DNA of 46,354 nt, taken from Elusimicrobiota bacterium. Its GTDB lineage: Bacteria; Elusimicrobiota; Elusimicrobia; UBA1565; UBA9628. The stretch is taken from assembly GCA_028869495.1 (NCBI GenBank), contig JAGWRY010000285.1, positions 1-46,354 on the forward strand. Reading direction: 5' to 3'. Position 1 is the stretch's first letter, and every line of letters begins with the position of its first letter. The notes under the pieces were generated by a model. It did not search any database. It saw nothing but the letters and a program-made list of their open reading frames with translations, and had not been told where the DNA came from. Positions 41,901-44,900 of the stretch are shown piece by piece. Made by a program: the position numbers and the translations under genes.

Positions 41901-44900
41901 GACGCCGACGTACCTGTACGTCGCCTTCGACGTCTCGCCGTCGGCGAAGTTCTCGCACCCGGCGCTGAACCCGCCGAACGAGGTCGTCGGCGTCAACGCG
42001 CCCGACCCGACGCGCTTCCATCTCCTGCCGGCCACCGCCGGGCACCAGGCGATCTTCGTCGCCTCGAACACGGTCGCCAGCCCGACCTTCGTGCTGACGC
42101 CGACGGTCAACACGGTCAAGGTCCAGTTCGACCAGCTGTCCGGCAACTACGCGTACCAGAACGACAAGAACGTCGCGATGCTGCGCATGACGATGAACAC
42201 CGACCGCAACACCGCGATCGTGCAGAAGATCCGCTTCGACCGCATCGGCACGTCCGGATCGCTCGACAGCGACATCCCGGTCCTGAAGGTCTGGGCGGAC
42301 TCGAACGGCAACGACCTGTTCGACACGGCCGACTCGACGCCGGGCGCCGCCGGCGACTACCCGTACCTGCTCTCCTACGGCAACGAGACCTTCAGCACCG
42401 GCACGGTCACGATCGCGCTGAAGAAGCCGATCCTGGTGACGACGTCGCCGGCCGCGTACTTCGTCACCTACGACATCTCGCAGTTCGCCGCGGTCGGCAA
42501 CGGCGAGGGCATCCAGGTCGCGGACCCGAGCTACGTGACGGTCCAGGTCCCGAACGCCGTCTCGTTCACGACGCCGACCTTCCAGTCGAACCCGTACCTG
42601 GCGATCAAGAAGGTCACGTCGCACGTGACCCTCGGCGTCAACGACATCGCGCAGAACGTCGTCGGCGTCACGCAGGCCGAGCAGAACGTCGGCTTCCTGC
42701 GCTTCAACCTGACCACCGACATCGCGCTCGCGCCGTGGCGCTCGATCCGCCTGGAGCGCGGCGGCGGCTCGCAGGACACGAACTACCCGCTGGGCCGCAA
42801 CACGAACGTGAAGTTCGTGCGCGTGTACAAGGACATCAATCAGAACGACACGCTCGACTCCGCGGACATCGACATCTCGGAGGTCAACACGACCGTCGAG
42901 GTCGCGGTGTCGAGCGCGACCCAGCCCCCGTTCGACCTGGTCGTCGCCTCGACGCAGGGCTTCCCGATCGACAACGTCGGCAATCCGCTGCCCGGCTGGA
43001 TCTACGTGAACAACGCCGAGCTGATGCAGTTCTCCGGCCCGGGCTGCCAGACCGCGTTCACGCCCGGCGTCGACAACTTCACCGGCAAGCCCTGCTTGAA
43101 CATCGTCCAGCGAGGGGCCGTGCTCGGCTCGACATCGACGCCGCACCTGGACGTCTCGGTCGGCGCGCCGGCGCGCAAGGTGGACCTGTTCGACCAGACC
43201 AACGACGCGAACGTGCAGACGCTGGTCACGCTGAACTCGGACCAGTACATCGGCCCGACCGCGCAGACCTTCTTCGTCGCCTACGACGTCGGGGACGCGG
43301 CCGTCGCCAACGACCTGATCAACGTGACGATCCGCGACGCGTCGTGGCTCGGCATGCCGGCCGGCGACATCGTGACGCCCGACCTTCGGGTCGGCGTCAC
43401 GCGCCCGAACCCGCTGGGCACCAGCACGACCAGCTATCCGTTCGTCGGCAGCAACGTCGCGATCAGCCCGATCACCCTGCAGGTCAGCGGCTTCTCGGCC
43501 GCGCCGAACGGCGCGGGCCAGGGCGACGCGAACGTGCCCGTCCTCCAGCTGGACATGCAGACGACGCAGAACTTCGTCGACGTCGCGCAGATCCGGCTCG
43601 ATCAGCTGGGGACCTTCGCGACCTCGTCGGTGACCTACACGGGAGACGGCGACGCGTCGGCGGTCAAGGTCTGGCTCGACAACGGCGACCGCGTGTTCAG
43701 CCCGCTCAACGACACGCTGATCGGCCAGATCGCGGTCTCGACGAACGGCGCGTTCTCCAACGGCGTCGCGCTGGTCAACCTGAACGTGAACTCGATCCCG
43801 TACCTGACGGTCTCGACCTCGCCGGTCGTCCTGTTCGTGTCGGCCGACATCGGCTACACGGACCGCACCGGCGGCTCGACGCTGAACCACTCGCTCGGCT
43901 TCGAGCTCGCGAAGTTCAACGACCTGCTCGCGCCCAACGGCGCGCCGCTGGTCGCGGCTCCCGACCCGGTCCTCCAGCCGCCGATCCAGTCGAAGACCCT
44001 GCTGATCGCGCCGCTGACGGTGCCCGCGGTGTCGATCAGCTCGGCCCTGCCGCCGGTGATCGTCACGCGCGCCCAGCCCGGCGTGCCCGCCGTCGCCGTC
44101 GGCTTCCCGGCCTACGCGGAGCTCAGCCTGTCCTGCAACAACGGCAAGGACCCGTCGAACCCGCGCAACAACATCTGCCTGGACGCCAACAAGGACCCGA
44201 TCCCGGACATGACGAAGTGGATCTGCCCCGACGGCACGCCGTGGTGCGGCAACCCGGGCTGCACGATCACGAATTGCGGCGGCTCGCCGCCGCTGATCGA
44301 CGTCAACGGCGACGGGCGTCCGGACAACTTCTCGATCGGCGAGAGCACCGTGCCCAACCAGGTCTCGCTCCTCGGCGACGGCACGCCGTCGACCGACATG
44401 ACCGGGACCGGGATCCTGGACGTCGACGTCAACCAGGACGGCATCCCCGACGTCGTGCTGTTCTCGCCCGGCTCGACGAAGCCGCAGTTCCGCATCAGCC
44501 TGGATCCGGCCGACCCGGCGAACCTCGCCAAGACCGCGCCCGACCCGGGTCAGGGCCTGGCGCCGACGTCCTGGGCGCCGAGCGCCAGCCAGCTGAACTT
44601 CAATCTGCCGATGATCGGGACCTCGGGCTACTACCAGGTCGCCGTCGGCCAGTACTACGACGATCCGATCGGGGTCACGCACAAGTGGTCGACCGTCACC
44701 GTGACCGGCGTGGCGGGCCTGAGCGCCGCCGCGTTCCGGGCGAAGGCCGTCGGCGCCCCGATCACGTCGGCGACCCTGAACCAGCTCGTGCTCGGCGTTC
44801 CCGACGTCACGCGCCTGACCCAGGCGCTGGCGCAGGACACGACCTACTTCACGGTCGCCGACGCCTCCGTCCTGCGCCTGCCGGGCCTGGTCTGGGTCGG

